Shown: positions 52,692-63,300, counted from the first letter of the stretch. The stretch is DNA of 64,000 nt from Nitrosopumilaceae archaeon (GCA_965208905.1 OZ242365.1:2080001-2144000), one strand, 5' to 3'. Made by a program: numbers and translations. The notes: a model not told the origin generated them from the letters alone.

Positions 52692-53062
52692 ATATTTGCT
52701 TCGGACATTGCAGTATCCGAAGATATGATCTGTGGTTGGGAATCATATGTGTGCATAATACTAACCAAAAAGAATGGAAAAACCCTAGCGGATGAAAGCC
52801 CCCGGCCCAATATAGTCAAGAACATGTATCCTGACTTGAAGTTCTGTTTACTTTAATTTAATTTATGCAGTATGTCATCTGGGGGCTTTCACTACAGATG
52901 TATAATTTCTACTCCACACACCTAAACTCTGAGTTATAATTTTCCCAAACTTGTTTAGGTCAGCGTTTCTTCCCTACATGAGAAGGGTGGTGCATGGATA
53001 CGTGGGCGAGAGTGCTGTACGGTAGTGATTGAGTTATAAGAATCTGGTGGTGGGAAATAACC

Positions 53063-53567
53063 ATGTCTGACACCGATTGGCTACCCATCATCTTGGAGGC
53101 TTCTGCTATAGCTGGTGGGCTGATATTCTACGTAAAAAACTGGCAGGCGCGTGATCGCCTGCGGAAGGTACGCTATGCCAACATGTTGATGAATGAATTG
53201 AAAGCAGTATGGGATGCCATCAAGCGTAGAGACCAATGACTACCACGAAGAGTTCTTGGAGCCTTTACCGGATAACGTCTATGATGGGTTCGTCTCATCC
53301 ACCAACCTCTCATACTTCGACAAGGATCTCCAAGAGCACTTACATGATCTGTACATGAACCTCAAGAATTACAACGAGGACGTTTTTCCCGATGAGAATA
53401 CACGTGCGAGCAAGGGTATGGCAATAGACCCGATGGGTTTGTTTGATGACCTATCAGATTCGGTTGAGGAGGCCATCGCCTTGGTCAATGAGTTCCGCCG
53501 GCGCAACAGATCTGCCAAACGCTGGCGCCCACTCCTGAAAGCCATTCATTGGTACTATGATGACTAG
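53063..53567 (+). pseudogene. Frameshifted membrane-anchored hypothetical protein
   Basis: MSDTDWLPIILEASAIAGGLIFY... from 53063 stops near 53240, while the 53214-53567 frame continues plausibly. Confidence 0.45.
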
Positions 53568-53687
53568 TGGATCTATTCTCAAGATCCGCCATGTACCCCA
53601 TGCAACACCATCAGTCATATACCGAAGATGCAACAGTTCCTTCAGTCTAGGCACGTAATACCCACACTAAACAAAAAATAAAAAAAC

Positions 53688-54000
53688 TTACTTTCTCTTA
53701 GCCTTTGTAGCTGCCTCTATGAGGGCCTTCCACTTGTTTGTACCCTCGATATGTACACCTGCCGCCTCCGCGGGCGTCTGACCATTCGGCAACCCCTGAT
53801 GCTGCCGCACATAGTTATGATATGTCTTCAAGCCACTTACTATGGGTGAGTCCTCGCGTTTGAGACCGCGCGTTGCCTCCTCGCGATACCCGAGCGTATT
53901 ACCATTGAATGACTCCATCTAGTTGTTGTGGTGTATGCCATCAAATGCAACATCCTTGATGTGTTCGGTATCCTTATGTGTAAAGTTCTTTGATTCATAC
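53688..54000 (-). pseudogene. C-terminal relic of an IS6-like transposase paralogous to 15856-17109
   Basis: KNFTHKDTEHIKDVAFDGIHHNN*MESFNG...RGLKREDS...TPAEAAG, with an in-frame stop. Confidence 0.88.
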
Positions 54001-54008
54001 TGGGTGCC

Positions 54009-54521
54009 TTGACCATATCTTTTTTTAACCGTAAAATTTTGCTTATCATAGGCGGGATCTCGATAGCCGTCACGGCAGTCGTGGCGACAGAGGTGTACGA
54101 CTACGTGTACTTTGAGGTGCCCATCAAGAACGCCGTACCTTCGGAGGGGTACGCGCATGTCGATCTTGTGCCGGTGGCCCAGACGGTTCATCCGTACACG
54201 ATCGAGGACATCACGCATGATCCCATAAACGATGCCATAACGGTCACCTTCAAGGGAGGCACTCACCCCGTTACGCGGGAGCGCGTGGTTTTTGAGTATG
54301 TTGAGACGTATTCCGTAAACGAGTCGTTTGCTTTCAGATGTGACGAATCAGAGGGCGGATCGTACTTGGTGTTTTACGGGTATCTGAGAGTGGAGAGAAA
54401 GAACGGCACGGACTACATGCGCCTTTTACACTACGACGGGACCACACATGGACCGATGCCGTGCATCTATCCTGACGTGATAATCCACTCAAGGGTATCA
54501 ATCCCCCCAGCAGAGCCTTGA
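54009..54521 (+). CDS. Hypothetical membrane-anchored protein
   Basis: N-terminal TM; 170-aa ORF. Confidence 0.55.
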   Translation: MTISFFNRKILLIIGGISIAVTAVVATEVYDYVYFEVPIKNAVPSEGYAHVDLVPVAQTVHPYTIEDITHDPINDAITVTFKGGTHPVTRERVVFEYVETYSVNESFAFRCDESEGGSYLVFYGYLRVERKNGTDYMRLLHYDGTTHGPMPCIYPDVIIHSRVSIPPAEP

Positions 54522-55016
54522 CCGGTACATAATCGATCTCTTTGATGACCTACGGCGACCCGAGCGCCGGACAAACACTTCATTGGGGTGGACGGCGTGT
54601 AGTGTGTGTGGACGGAGAACTACGAGCAGTACACCACGACGCGCAGGCCGGTCCGTCCGGCTGGCTGTGTAGATGATGTGGCCTCATGCCAGAATAGTCA
54701 GATCTGTTACGTTTAAGGCGCTATGTGGCTTTGGGCTGTAGGTGGTAACACAGTGGGCCCGGCACCCTCGACAACGAACATAATTATGAATCATGTCCTA
54801 CTTCAATGGAATGGGATATTTCGCGCGGCTCTGAAATTCGAGGTACGCGTACGAGATTGTGAAAGAGGGTACATATGTACGGGTTTGTGATTGCGGTGTG
54901 TACTTGACATATTCGAAACCTATATCTGCATTAGTCAAGAAAATGAGGATGGGAGACCTCGAGCACTAAAAGTTATCAAATGTTTATATTTAACAAAAAC
55001 ACGTCACGATAGCATA

Positions 55017-55664
55017 ATGGATCAGTTACATAAAACACTAATCATTGGTTTGATTTCAGTAATACTAATTGCTAATTTAATTTTACTTACAATAAACACC
55101 GAATATTCTTCTAATGCTATAACATGGTCTGCAGTAATAGTTTCAGTGTCAGCTGGCATAATTGTAACATCAATAGTAGATAAGCGTGCATCAGATGCGC
55201 ATAACGAAGTATTACGATCACAAAACAAAATTGCAAAAATTTTAAAGCAGTTAGATGAAACAGACCAAAAACACAATAAAGTGCTAACACATTTAAAGCA
55301 AAGTAAGCTTAGAAACGAAAATTTGGCTAAAAACTCAATAACTGCATCATTAAAGTATATACAATTAATGCTGAATCGTCTAGAATTATCACTAAATAAA
55401 CCAACATTAGAGAAAAAGGAAATGGATCTTATTATCAACGTATTAAGTCATTTAGAATCGCCACTAAATTTAATCGAGCAATCTGTTCCTCAAAGTGGTG
55501 CGGAGTTTAAAAAATATGAGGCAGATATAGAAAATGTGGTAGCTGTATTACGAAAACTAATAATTGCATCAATTGTTGTATCTGATTCAAAGGTCGCTGA
55601 AGTTTTTGAATTAATAAGACATAGTAACAGGAAATTAGAAATATTGCTTAAACAAGTAAGTTAA
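55017..55664 (+). CDS. 2-TM plus coiled-coil hypothetical protein (AT-rich)
   Basis: ATG at 55017 with TTTATATT about 30 nt upstream; two hydrophobic helices, then heptad-like helices. Confidence 0.65.
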   Translation: MDQLHKTLIIGLISVILIANLILLTINTEYSSNAITWSAVIVSVSAGIIVTSIVDKRASDAHNEVLRSQNKIAKILKQLDETDQKHNKVLTHLKQSKLRNENLAKNSITASLKYIQLMLNRLELSLNKPTLEKKEMDLIINVLSHLESPLNLIEQSVPQSGAEFKKYEADIENVVAVLRKLIIASIVVSDSKVAEVFELIRHSNRKLEILLKQVS

Positions 55665-56047
55665 ATATAAGTAGTAATTTTACCTTTTGTATGATGATCA
55701 AGCAATAGAACATTTCTTACCCAAATTCGAGCACCATTAGGATGTAAATATTTTTTTGGTACTCTAAATCTTTCACTAATGCTAATTTCCCAAACATATA
55801 ATATTAAAGAATCATCTAATTCATCTAAACTTACTCTGTGCAAATGAATATTATCTTTTAGCTTTTTCTGATTAATGGGTCCATGCGATGATTGAATTTT
55901 AATTTTACCTAAGATGTTGCCTTTACTAAGAAGATATATTTCAAAGCCAATTTTAGATTTTGGCGCTGGTCTACTACGTAATTCCCACGATTTTTGACCA
56001 TTAATGATAAGATTAGCGTATGGTTGATTTATAATCAGTCCATCCAT
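55661..56047 (-). CDS. ASCH-domain (PUA-like) protein
   Basis: GLIINQPYANLIINGQKSWELRS (GxKxxExR), ILGKI, YVWEI, YLHPNGARIWV. Confidence 0.88.
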   Translation of the reverse strand: MDGLIINQPYANLIINGQKSWELRSRPAPKSKIGFEIYLLSKGNILGKIKIQSSHGPINQKKLKDNIHLHRVSLDELDDSLILYVWEISISERFRVPKKYLHPNGARIWVRNVLLLDHHTKGKITTYI

Positions 56048-56049
56048 GG

Positions 56050-57297
56050 TTAAGGTACTCCATAATTATTGATCCGCTTTTCTAATTGACTGTATTGTCT
56101 TTGTAATATGCTATCATCAATTATTTCTAAATTACATTTGGCAAGTTGAGCTAATGGTGATTTGCCGCCATTAATTTCTAGACACTTTTTTAGGCCAATA
56201 TACATATCCACGGCATGATTTCTTATAACATGGTGCTTTTTTATTAAATTGGCGCAATTATCTCGGTCTAAGAACGTTGGTGCAAGATCAGGATGAATTA
56301 GATATTTCCAAAATTCAACACAATCAATAAGGATTCTAAATGAATTTTTTCTTACGGACTTAAGTTTATTCACTGAGAGTGCCATCACATTATCATTGTA
56401 AGTACGTTCCAGATTCTCACCTTGATTTATTGTATAAAGTGAAAGAATTCGAACAAAACATGCCATGCATAACCCACACATTTTTGAAATTCCTTGTGAG
56501 GTGGAACAGGACCATGTGTGCTTGATTGATTCAGGCTTATTTGCAGCGAGAATAACTTCGGATTTTGTATAGTTAAAAAATGGTGTTTGAATTTCTATTT
56601 TTTGCCCAAAAATGTTTTCAAAAATTTTTGCCCAGCCCGTAATCATGGCCGGGTCTGTTGTTCGTGTAGGCGCAACTCGCATAGATACAGGGTAATTTAT
56701 CATAAATGGGCCATTTTCCGGTATCACAACCTGCCCAATATTGTATTCCGAGGCTAAGCATAACAATGTAGTTAGAAAAACAACTCCTCGCACATGTAAA
56801 AGTGGGATGTCTGTCGCACTCTTTAGCCTTAAATTTGTTTCAACCATCTTGTGATTATTAGGCAAACATTTTTTATGAACATCCCTAGCAACTTTTTGCA
56901 TACGTGAGCTTGTTATCGTATGACTAAGCAGCCCTCTTTTTGTTATATTATTTGGCAGTAGTGGATATGACAAGCTATCTAGACCGCCCGAAAATAAACT
57001 AACAAAATCAAAAGAACTTTCAAATAGTCGCTGTTGTCTATTAGTTTTAGCCATCTTTAAAAATTTGAGTTTTATTTCTCTATCCGTAATTGTTTCATAA
57101 AAAAATTGAAGCTCATCTAAATTCTTTTGAAAGCGTTCGGGTTCTGATACTGGAACCACGACTTTCACAAAATTAGATTGTTTTGACTCTGCATAGTGAA
57201 CACACATGGCTAATTTTTGAAAATCGAGAAGCTCATCAGCAATTAAAAGTTTTATGTGTTTAGGTCTTAGTGAATTTTTTGGATTTTGATTTTTCAT
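56050..57297 (-). CDS. QatC-clade QueC-like PP-loop ATPase
   Basis: SLFSGGLDS; PENG...TRTTDP; PF...TKSE; SC-x7-CGLCMACFVR zinc site; extra N-terminal domain (DFQKLAMCVHYAE...VPVSEP); 415 aa. Confidence 0.85.
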   Translation of the reverse strand: MKNQNPKNSLRPKHIKLLIADELLDFQKLAMCVHYAESKQSNFVKVVVPVSEPERFQKNLDELQFFYETITDREIKLKFLKMAKTNRQQRLFESSFDFVSLFSGGLDSLSYPLLPNNITKRGLLSHTITSSRMQKVARDVHKKCLPNNHKMVETNLRLKSATDIPLLHVRGVVFLTTLLCLASEYNIGQVVIPENGPFMINYPVSMRVAPTRTTDPAMITGWAKIFENIFGQKIEIQTPFFNYTKSEVILAANKPESIKHTWSCSTSQGISKMCGLCMACFVRILSLYTINQGENLERTYNDNVMALSVNKLKSVRKNSFRILIDCVEFWKYLIHPDLAPTFLDRDNCANLIKKHHVIRNHAVDMYIGLKKCLEINGGKSPLAQLAKCNLEIIDDSILQRQYSQLEKRINNYGVP

Positions 57298-57587
57298 TTT
57301 TCTAAATCTGATTTAATATCTGTTAATAAGTCATCTCCAAAATTTTCAGGTTCTAATTTAAGGCGGGCATCTAACTCTTCAATACTGTATTTTTTAATTT
57401 TGTTTACTATTTTACGTGCCAGCTTTTCTGCATCCTTTTCTGCATCTGCTAATAACCTATTACGTTTTATCTGAGTTTTAGGGTTTTCAGTATCGTTAAA
57501 TAATTCTTCTGTTATTTCTTTAGTTGGTTGATAAATAGCGCGTTTGTATAATTTAAAAAAATATTGTTGTTGTTCTTCTGTGAGCAC
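57294..57587 (-). CDS. Small helical hypothetical protein in the QueC-like operon
   Basis: GTG start overlaps the upstream TAG; its TGA overlaps the QueC-like ATG. Confidence 0.7.
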   Translation of the reverse strand: MLTEEQQQYFFKLYKRAIYQPTKEITEELFNDTENPKTQIKRNRLLADAEKDAEKLARKIVNKIKKYSIEELDARLKLEPENFGDDLLTDIKSDLEK

Positions 57588-57934
57588 TAATTTTCACTCC
57601 TTTCAATTAATGTATCATAAATTGCTTGTCGAATAGAATCTTTTTTTGGTAGTGTGAGATTTTGTTTAATATTTTTTGGGATTTTTGTAACAGCATCACC
57701 AGAAGCTTTCTTTATAATTTCTTCAGACTGAGCTTTTGTTTTATACGCAGCTATTCCAGCAGACAATATGCCGACAAGATAATTCGAGTCTTTGCTTTGT
57801 GCTGCTTTTGAGATTATAGCTGCGGCTTGTTTGTAATCTCCTTTATTTATACAATTATCAAGATCGGGTTGAATTTTTCTGACTTGAATTTTTGTATTTC
57901 GTTTTGCACCTTTTCTGCTTGGTTGAGTTCCCAC
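57587..57934 (-). CDS. Small basic protein with MGT- N-terminus (QatB-like substrate candidate)
   Basis: GTG-GGA-ACT-CAA-CCA-AGC; first gene of the operon; TTTATA about 25-30 nt upstream. Confidence 0.7.
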   Translation of the reverse strand: MGTQPSRKGAKRNTKIQVRKIQPDLDNCINKGDYKQAAAIISKAAQSKDSNYLVGILSAGIAAYKTKAQSEEIIKKASGDAVTKIPKNIKQNLTLPKKDSIRQAIYDTLIERSEN

Positions 57935-58120
57935 AATTTTTAGCTTTTATATTCTGTTATAAAGATATCGATAGCCTAAATGGGGCGGACTCCCCCAGAA
58001 TGAGACCAAGCAGAATCGAATGAATCTAAATAAGCTTGACTCTGCCTGTTTAGTGTGCGGCTTCGACCAACCCCCAACATTCGACAGGTGAATGTTCTGG
58101 ATAATCCCCTGTATGATTTA

Positions 58121-58921
58121 TCACCGTCGTTTTAAACGAGCTGGATGCCTGTACTCACGTTTGATTTCGCCGTTGCTTGCCAGACGGCTTTCAATTATCT
58201 CGCAATATCTGGGTTGTATCTCGCAGGTCAGGTAGTTCCTGCCCAAGTTCTTGGCTTGAACCACTTCCGAGCCGCTACCGCCAAATAGTACGAACACCGT
58301 ATCGCCCGGAACAGTGCAAGATTTGATGAGCAGCTCTGAGAGTGTCTCTGGTATCTGGCACGGGTGGTTTGTCTTTTGGCGAGACACGTTCTTAACCAAG
58401 TTTAAATTTATCCAAGAATAGAGCATGCGTCTCAGATGTCCCTGCCTTATTCGCTCCTTAATGCGCACATCATCCGGGTTCTGATATGGCTGTGCCACCT
58501 GTTCTTTGTAAAAGCGGTTGTTCCTAGATTTGGTGGCGTGGAGGATAGAGCGGTGGGCGGTGTTGAACCGGCGCCTGGAGTGGCCCACGTTGGTGTTATA
58601 GATCCAAACATAGTCGTGCACTGAGTAGACGTTCTCGTCAAGATAACTTACGCACAGATACGCGTTTTGCTTGGGATAGTTGATGAAAAACAGGTTACCG
58701 TCAGGCTGCAAGACGCGCAGGCACTCTTGCGCCAAATCCACGTACCATTTCACGTACTCATCCCAAGAAGACGTAAAGGCAGTTCCCTGATATTTGATGC
58801 CAACGTTGTAGTCTGGATCGCCATATATCATATCAATGGAATCATCCGGCAATCTCCTTAGCGTCGCCATTACGTCCTCGTTGACGACGCGGTTGCGGTA
58901 TTTTTTAGGTAGTGTGGTCAT
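58121..58921 (-). CDS. Site-specific DNA methyltransferase (beta class, DPDY variant)
   Basis: IYGDPDYN, HPCQIP, LFGGSGSE. Confidence 0.85.
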   Translation of the reverse strand: MTTLPKKYRNRVVNEDVMATLRRLPDDSIDMIYGDPDYNVGIKYQGTAFTSSWDEYVKWYVDLAQECLRVLQPDGNLFFINYPKQNAYLCVSYLDENVYSVHDYVWIYNTNVGHSRRRFNTAHRSILHATKSRNNRFYKEQVAQPYQNPDDVRIKERIRQGHLRRMLYSWINLNLVKNVSRQKTNHPCQIPETLSELLIKSCTVPGDTVFVLFGGSGSEVVQAKNLGRNYLTCEIQPRYCEIIESRLASNGEIKREYRHPARLKRR

Positions 58922-58923
58922 CG

Positions 58924-59697
58924 CTACACCAGCACGTACTCGGCATTACGCCTGAGCACTATAGAACCGGGATCATGAGGGTCTTTGAACGTGTACAGAT
59001 ACAGACGTATCTTATTGCCGTGGCGCAGCAGGTAGCAGCACTCTATTGAATCGGCTTGCAGGTTATCTATCTTGTCTGCATAGTACCGATACGGGTGAAA
59101 AAGTTGAAAAACGTTAAAGTCGTGCGGTTCGCCGTTTTTTGCCTCGAATATGATTATCTGGCCTTGGAATTCCGTGGTGAGGTCAATCTCAAGTTGCAGT
59201 TTATTGCATTGAATGGTATCACCGCCTATGCTATAGTCAAACGTGGCAAACGTTCGGTGAGCGCCATAGACTTTCGGTGATGCGGTTATGTCCCTGTACA
59301 GGAAATCATGTATGATGCGCTGGTTGTATCCCACCGACAGGATGTTGCTCTCGCTGGTGTTCGTGTTGTCCAGTATTCCCGGCCGGTGGTACCACTGGAA
59401 CCTGTCATTGGCCGATACGGCTTCAAACTTATGGTAGCCGATATCAATGCCACGCACAAACTTGTGCATGCCGCGCCCCAAATGCACTACAAATACGTCG
59501 TCTGCTACCAACACATCGGGCAGCCTTGTCGTGCTGTCCAACTTGGTAACGTCATACTGATTGCTAAACTCAACTTTAGTGGACACGGCCTTGACATCTT
59601 TGTTGCTAAAAACAAAGTCACGCTTGGACTTGCACGCATCGTACAGCTTGGCAACCACCACGCCTTTTCTGCCTATGCGCTGTTGTACCATTGTCAA
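58924..59697 (-). CDS. PD-(D/E)xK restriction-endonuclease-like protein
   Basis: TSESNIL, QLEIDL...IFEAKN...FQLFHPYRYY; directly upstream of the MTase. Confidence 0.75.
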   Translation of the reverse strand: MTMVQQRIGRKGVVVAKLYDACKSKRDFVFSNKDVKAVSTKVEFSNQYDVTKLDSTTRLPDVLVADDVFVVHLGRGMHKFVRGIDIGYHKFEAVSANDRFQWYHRPGILDNTNTSESNILSVGYNQRIIHDFLYRDITASPKVYGAHRTFATFDYSIGGDTIQCNKLQLEIDLTTEFQGQIIIFEAKNGEPHDFNVFQLFHPYRYYADKIDNLQADSIECCYLLRHGNKIRLYLYTFKDPHDPGSIVLRRNAEYVLV

Positions 59698-59794
59698 TGC
59701 TGCTCCGTTACGTGCCAGATATGCGTAGGACGGTAGGTATGGCTCAACCGCATGCGAACTCGCATCTGTTACTGATTTTTATGTCATGCGTTCA

Positions 59795-59960
59795 CCGGTT
59801 CTGGTAACAAATCGAGACATGGGGATTCTCCGAACCCGCTGTTAACTTTCGGGACATGAGGCTGGACGGCGCCTCGGCGGATCTTCTCCAAATTGGCCCC
59901 GCTGGATGCTGTTAACTTTCGGGACATGGCCAGATCGCAGGCCCCAACCATCGGGACAAC
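59795..59960. repeat. Stack of short IS-end-like motifs
   Basis: GCTGTTAACTTTCGGGACATG twice (about 59838 and 59908), GGTTCTGG and GGATCTTCTCC. Confidence 0.6.
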
Positions 59961-59967
59961 GTGACGC

Positions 59968-60318
59968 TCAGTACAAGGCCGCCGTCTTCTCCATCCATGC
60001 CCGGATGGACTTCACGCTCTCGCCTCTGCCCACGTACTTGCCGTCCAGCAGGTCGGCCCCCTCGTGGACGTAGCTGCCCACCTTGTCCACCACGAAGTGC
60101 ACCGCCTCACCCTCCGGACCGGCCGTACGCCAGACGCTCACGCTGCACGGGGCCGCCGACGCCGCATGCTCGGCCGCCTTGCCGTAACCGTCGGGCGTCT
60201 TGAGGAACTGTAAAGAACTCGTGACCTGGCGTATAGTGTAAAGCGCGTGACCTAAGGAGGCCAGAGATATGGTTATATAAACAAAATCAAGTATGTTAGA
60301 AAACATATCTAAAACCAA
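59968..60318 (-). CDS. Hypothetical protein, possibly chimeric (AT-rich 5' part, GC-rich 3' part)
   Basis: 116-aa ORF with an abrupt composition change near 60210. Confidence 0.3.
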   Translation of the reverse strand: MVLDMFSNILDFVYITISLASLGHALYTIRQVTSSLQFLKTPDGYGKAAEHAASAAPCSVSVWRTAGPEGEAVHFVVDKVGSYVHEGADLLDGKYVGRGESVKSIRAWMEKTAALY

Positions 60319-60387
60319 CCAACTTTAAAAAGAACAATAGTCAACAATCGATATGGTTGACTTCCGGGCAGGTGTCGTGACTTAGTA

Positions 60388-63300
60388 TTGGATGCCGACA
60401 GTTTTGGCAAAACACTTCAACACCTTCGTACCATTTGTAATGATGAGGGTAACACCAAGGGCAGCCTCTTCGAGAAGTTGGTGCGGTCGTTTCTAAAGAC
60501 TGATAATCTGTACGCCGACAGGTTTGTTGAAGTATACGCGTGGAAGGACTACCCGGGACGTAACGGGCGGGGTGACTTTGGCGTTGATTTGGTCGGTGTT
60601 GAGCAGGATGGCCAACTCTGTGCGATACAATGCAAGTTCTTTGACAAGACAACCCTCACCAAACGCAGCATAGACAGTTTCTTGGAGGCTGGTTCGCGCT
60701 CGGAGTTTGACTCCATGATGCTGGTGTATGTGGGTGGTGGCTATGGCAAAAACGTACAGGATGCGTTGGAGGGTCATGGGTGTAAGGTGTTGAACTTCGA
60801 GTCACTGTCCGAGAGTAACGTGGAGTGGCCTGATTTGGCCGCTGGCCTGACTGACATCAAGCCTAGAAAGGCACGCCCGTTGTGGGACCACCAGAAGGAG
60901 GCGATGAGTAATGTTATATCCAAACTGGAAAACAACAACCGTGGACAGTTGATAATGGCGTGTGGGACGGGTAAGACATTAACATCTTTACGGCTGGCCG
61001 AAAAAACAGTGGGTGAGGGCGGTCTTGTGTTGTATGCAGTACCATCCATATCACTAATGCGACAGGTGATACGTAACTGGGCCGGGGACCGAACCCTACA
61101 GCATGGATATGTGGGTGTTTGCTCCGACAACACGGTGTCCCGTGGCCAGACCGACATACCAATCATAGAGATGGAGATTGGTGTGAGTACAGATGAGGAT
61201 CGTATAGCCTCGGTGATGCGCCGGGACTCCTCTAAAATGACCGTTATATTCACAACATACCAGAGTATGGAGGTTATTGAGAAGGCCCAGAAGTTGTCCG
61301 GGGAACCATTCGACTTGGTATTATGTGATGAGGCTCACCGTACCACCGGCGTAGAGAAGGGGTCGGCATTCACTATCATACATGACGATGAGAAGATACA
61401 GGCGCGCAAACGAATCTACATGACAGCCACACCAAAAATATACAAGCGCGCGGTCAAGACAAAAGCCGCCAATGAGGATGTGGTATTATATTCTATGGAT
61501 GATGATTCGGTCGAGTCCAGGAGTGTATTTGGACCGGTAATGTTTAGACTGAGTTTCTCAGATGCCATAGACGCGAAACTACTGACCGACTATGATGTGT
61601 TGACGTTGGGTGTCTCTGAGGAATATGGTGGTAAGATACTACAAAAGATTGTGGAAACGACTGGTGATGATGGCGATATTAACCTGACGGACGCGGCCCG
61701 TATGGCTGGATTGTACCGCGTGTTGGAGCGGCCAGACCCAGACAATGACGTGTTGCCACTCCAAACCGCCATAGCGTATACCAACCGTATATCTGACTCA
61801 AAGCGGTTCGCCAACAGTTTCAAGAATCTTATGATGGAGCCTGCCGGTAGTGTAGAGTTTGCTTGTGATGCCGAACATGTAGACAGTACACAAAACTCCA
61901 CCGCACGGGATAAGGCGATGCAGTGGCTACGAGATTCTGACCAGGACTCCAATGAATGTCGTGTGGTGTCTAACGCCAAATGTTTGTCTGAGGGTGTGGA
62001 CGTACCGGCACTAAGTGCGATCACGTTCTTAAACCCCAAGTCGTCCGAGATCGACATAATACAGGCCATCGGTAGGGTGATGCGGAAGCATAAAGGTAAG
62101 GAGCGCGGTTATGTGATTATACCGTTGGGGATACCACCGGACACCGAGCCTGAGAAAATACTGAATAATGAAAAGTCATTTGGTGTGGTGTGGAATGTGT
62201 TGAGGGCGTTGCGGTCACATGATTCACGGCTGGACGTAGAGGTTAATACAGCAGATTTGAAGAAACAGTTGCCTAAACGCATAAAGTTCATTGGGATAGA
62301 TAGAGAGGGAAAACGCGTCGACAATGAGGAGGGAGGAAAATCATTCTCATTGGGTGAATTGGATGTGCCAGCCGATGCATTATATTCTCGTATAGTGGAG
62401 GAGGTAGGCGACAGGCAATATCTGGCGCGGTGGGCGAACGATGTCGCAGCCGTGGTGTCCCGTATACAAGAGCGTATTGGGGTAGTGGTTGCGGACGGTC
62501 CTGCGCGAGACAAATTCGGTGCGTACATGGTGGGTCTGCGCGATATAATACACGATACAATATCAGAGTCCGAGGGTATTGGGATGCTTGCCCAACACAT
62601 GGTGACCAGACGGATATTCGGTGCTATGTTTGGGACAGATAACTTTGCGCAATCCAATCCAGTGTCGGCTGCGCTCGACGCGGTACTGAATGAGTTGCGT
62701 GCGCATGGTCTGGATACTGAGCTACGTGATTTGGAAAAGTTCTACAACTCCATAGAGTTGCGTGTCGCTGGGTTGGACTCACATGATGCCCGGCAGCGCG
62801 TTATATCTGAACTATACGGGACATTCTTCAAGAAGGCATTTTCCAAGATGGCTGACCGACTGGGGATAGTGTATACACCAACTGAAGTAGTAGATTTCAT
62901 ACTGCGGTCAGTTGACCATGTGCTGCGGGAGAACTTTGGAAGGGGACTGACCGACGAAGGGGTGAATGTGATAGACCCATTCACAGGTGCCGGTACGTTC
63001 ATTGCGCGTATGATGTCCAAGGATTTGGACTTGATACGGGATGAGGATATTGAGCGAAAGTATGAATACGAGATATTCGCCAACGAGATTGTTTTACTGG
63101 CGTATTATATCGCGGCGGTCAACTGCGAGTCCATGTATGGCCAGCGTACCGGGTCTTTCAAGCAGTTCGAGGGACTGTCATTTACGGATACGTTCAGCCC
63201 TGGTAACTTGGATGAGCACACCGGTGACGTGATGGCCGGGCCCAAGAAACGCATCAGGAGGCAGCGGGAGGCGAAGATTACGTGTATAGTGGGCAATCCA

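Noticed and set aside
56050-57297. Housekeeping queC, or a Dpd DNA-modification cluster
   Set aside because: Too long, has QatC-type motifs, and no queD, queE, folE or dpdA lies nearby
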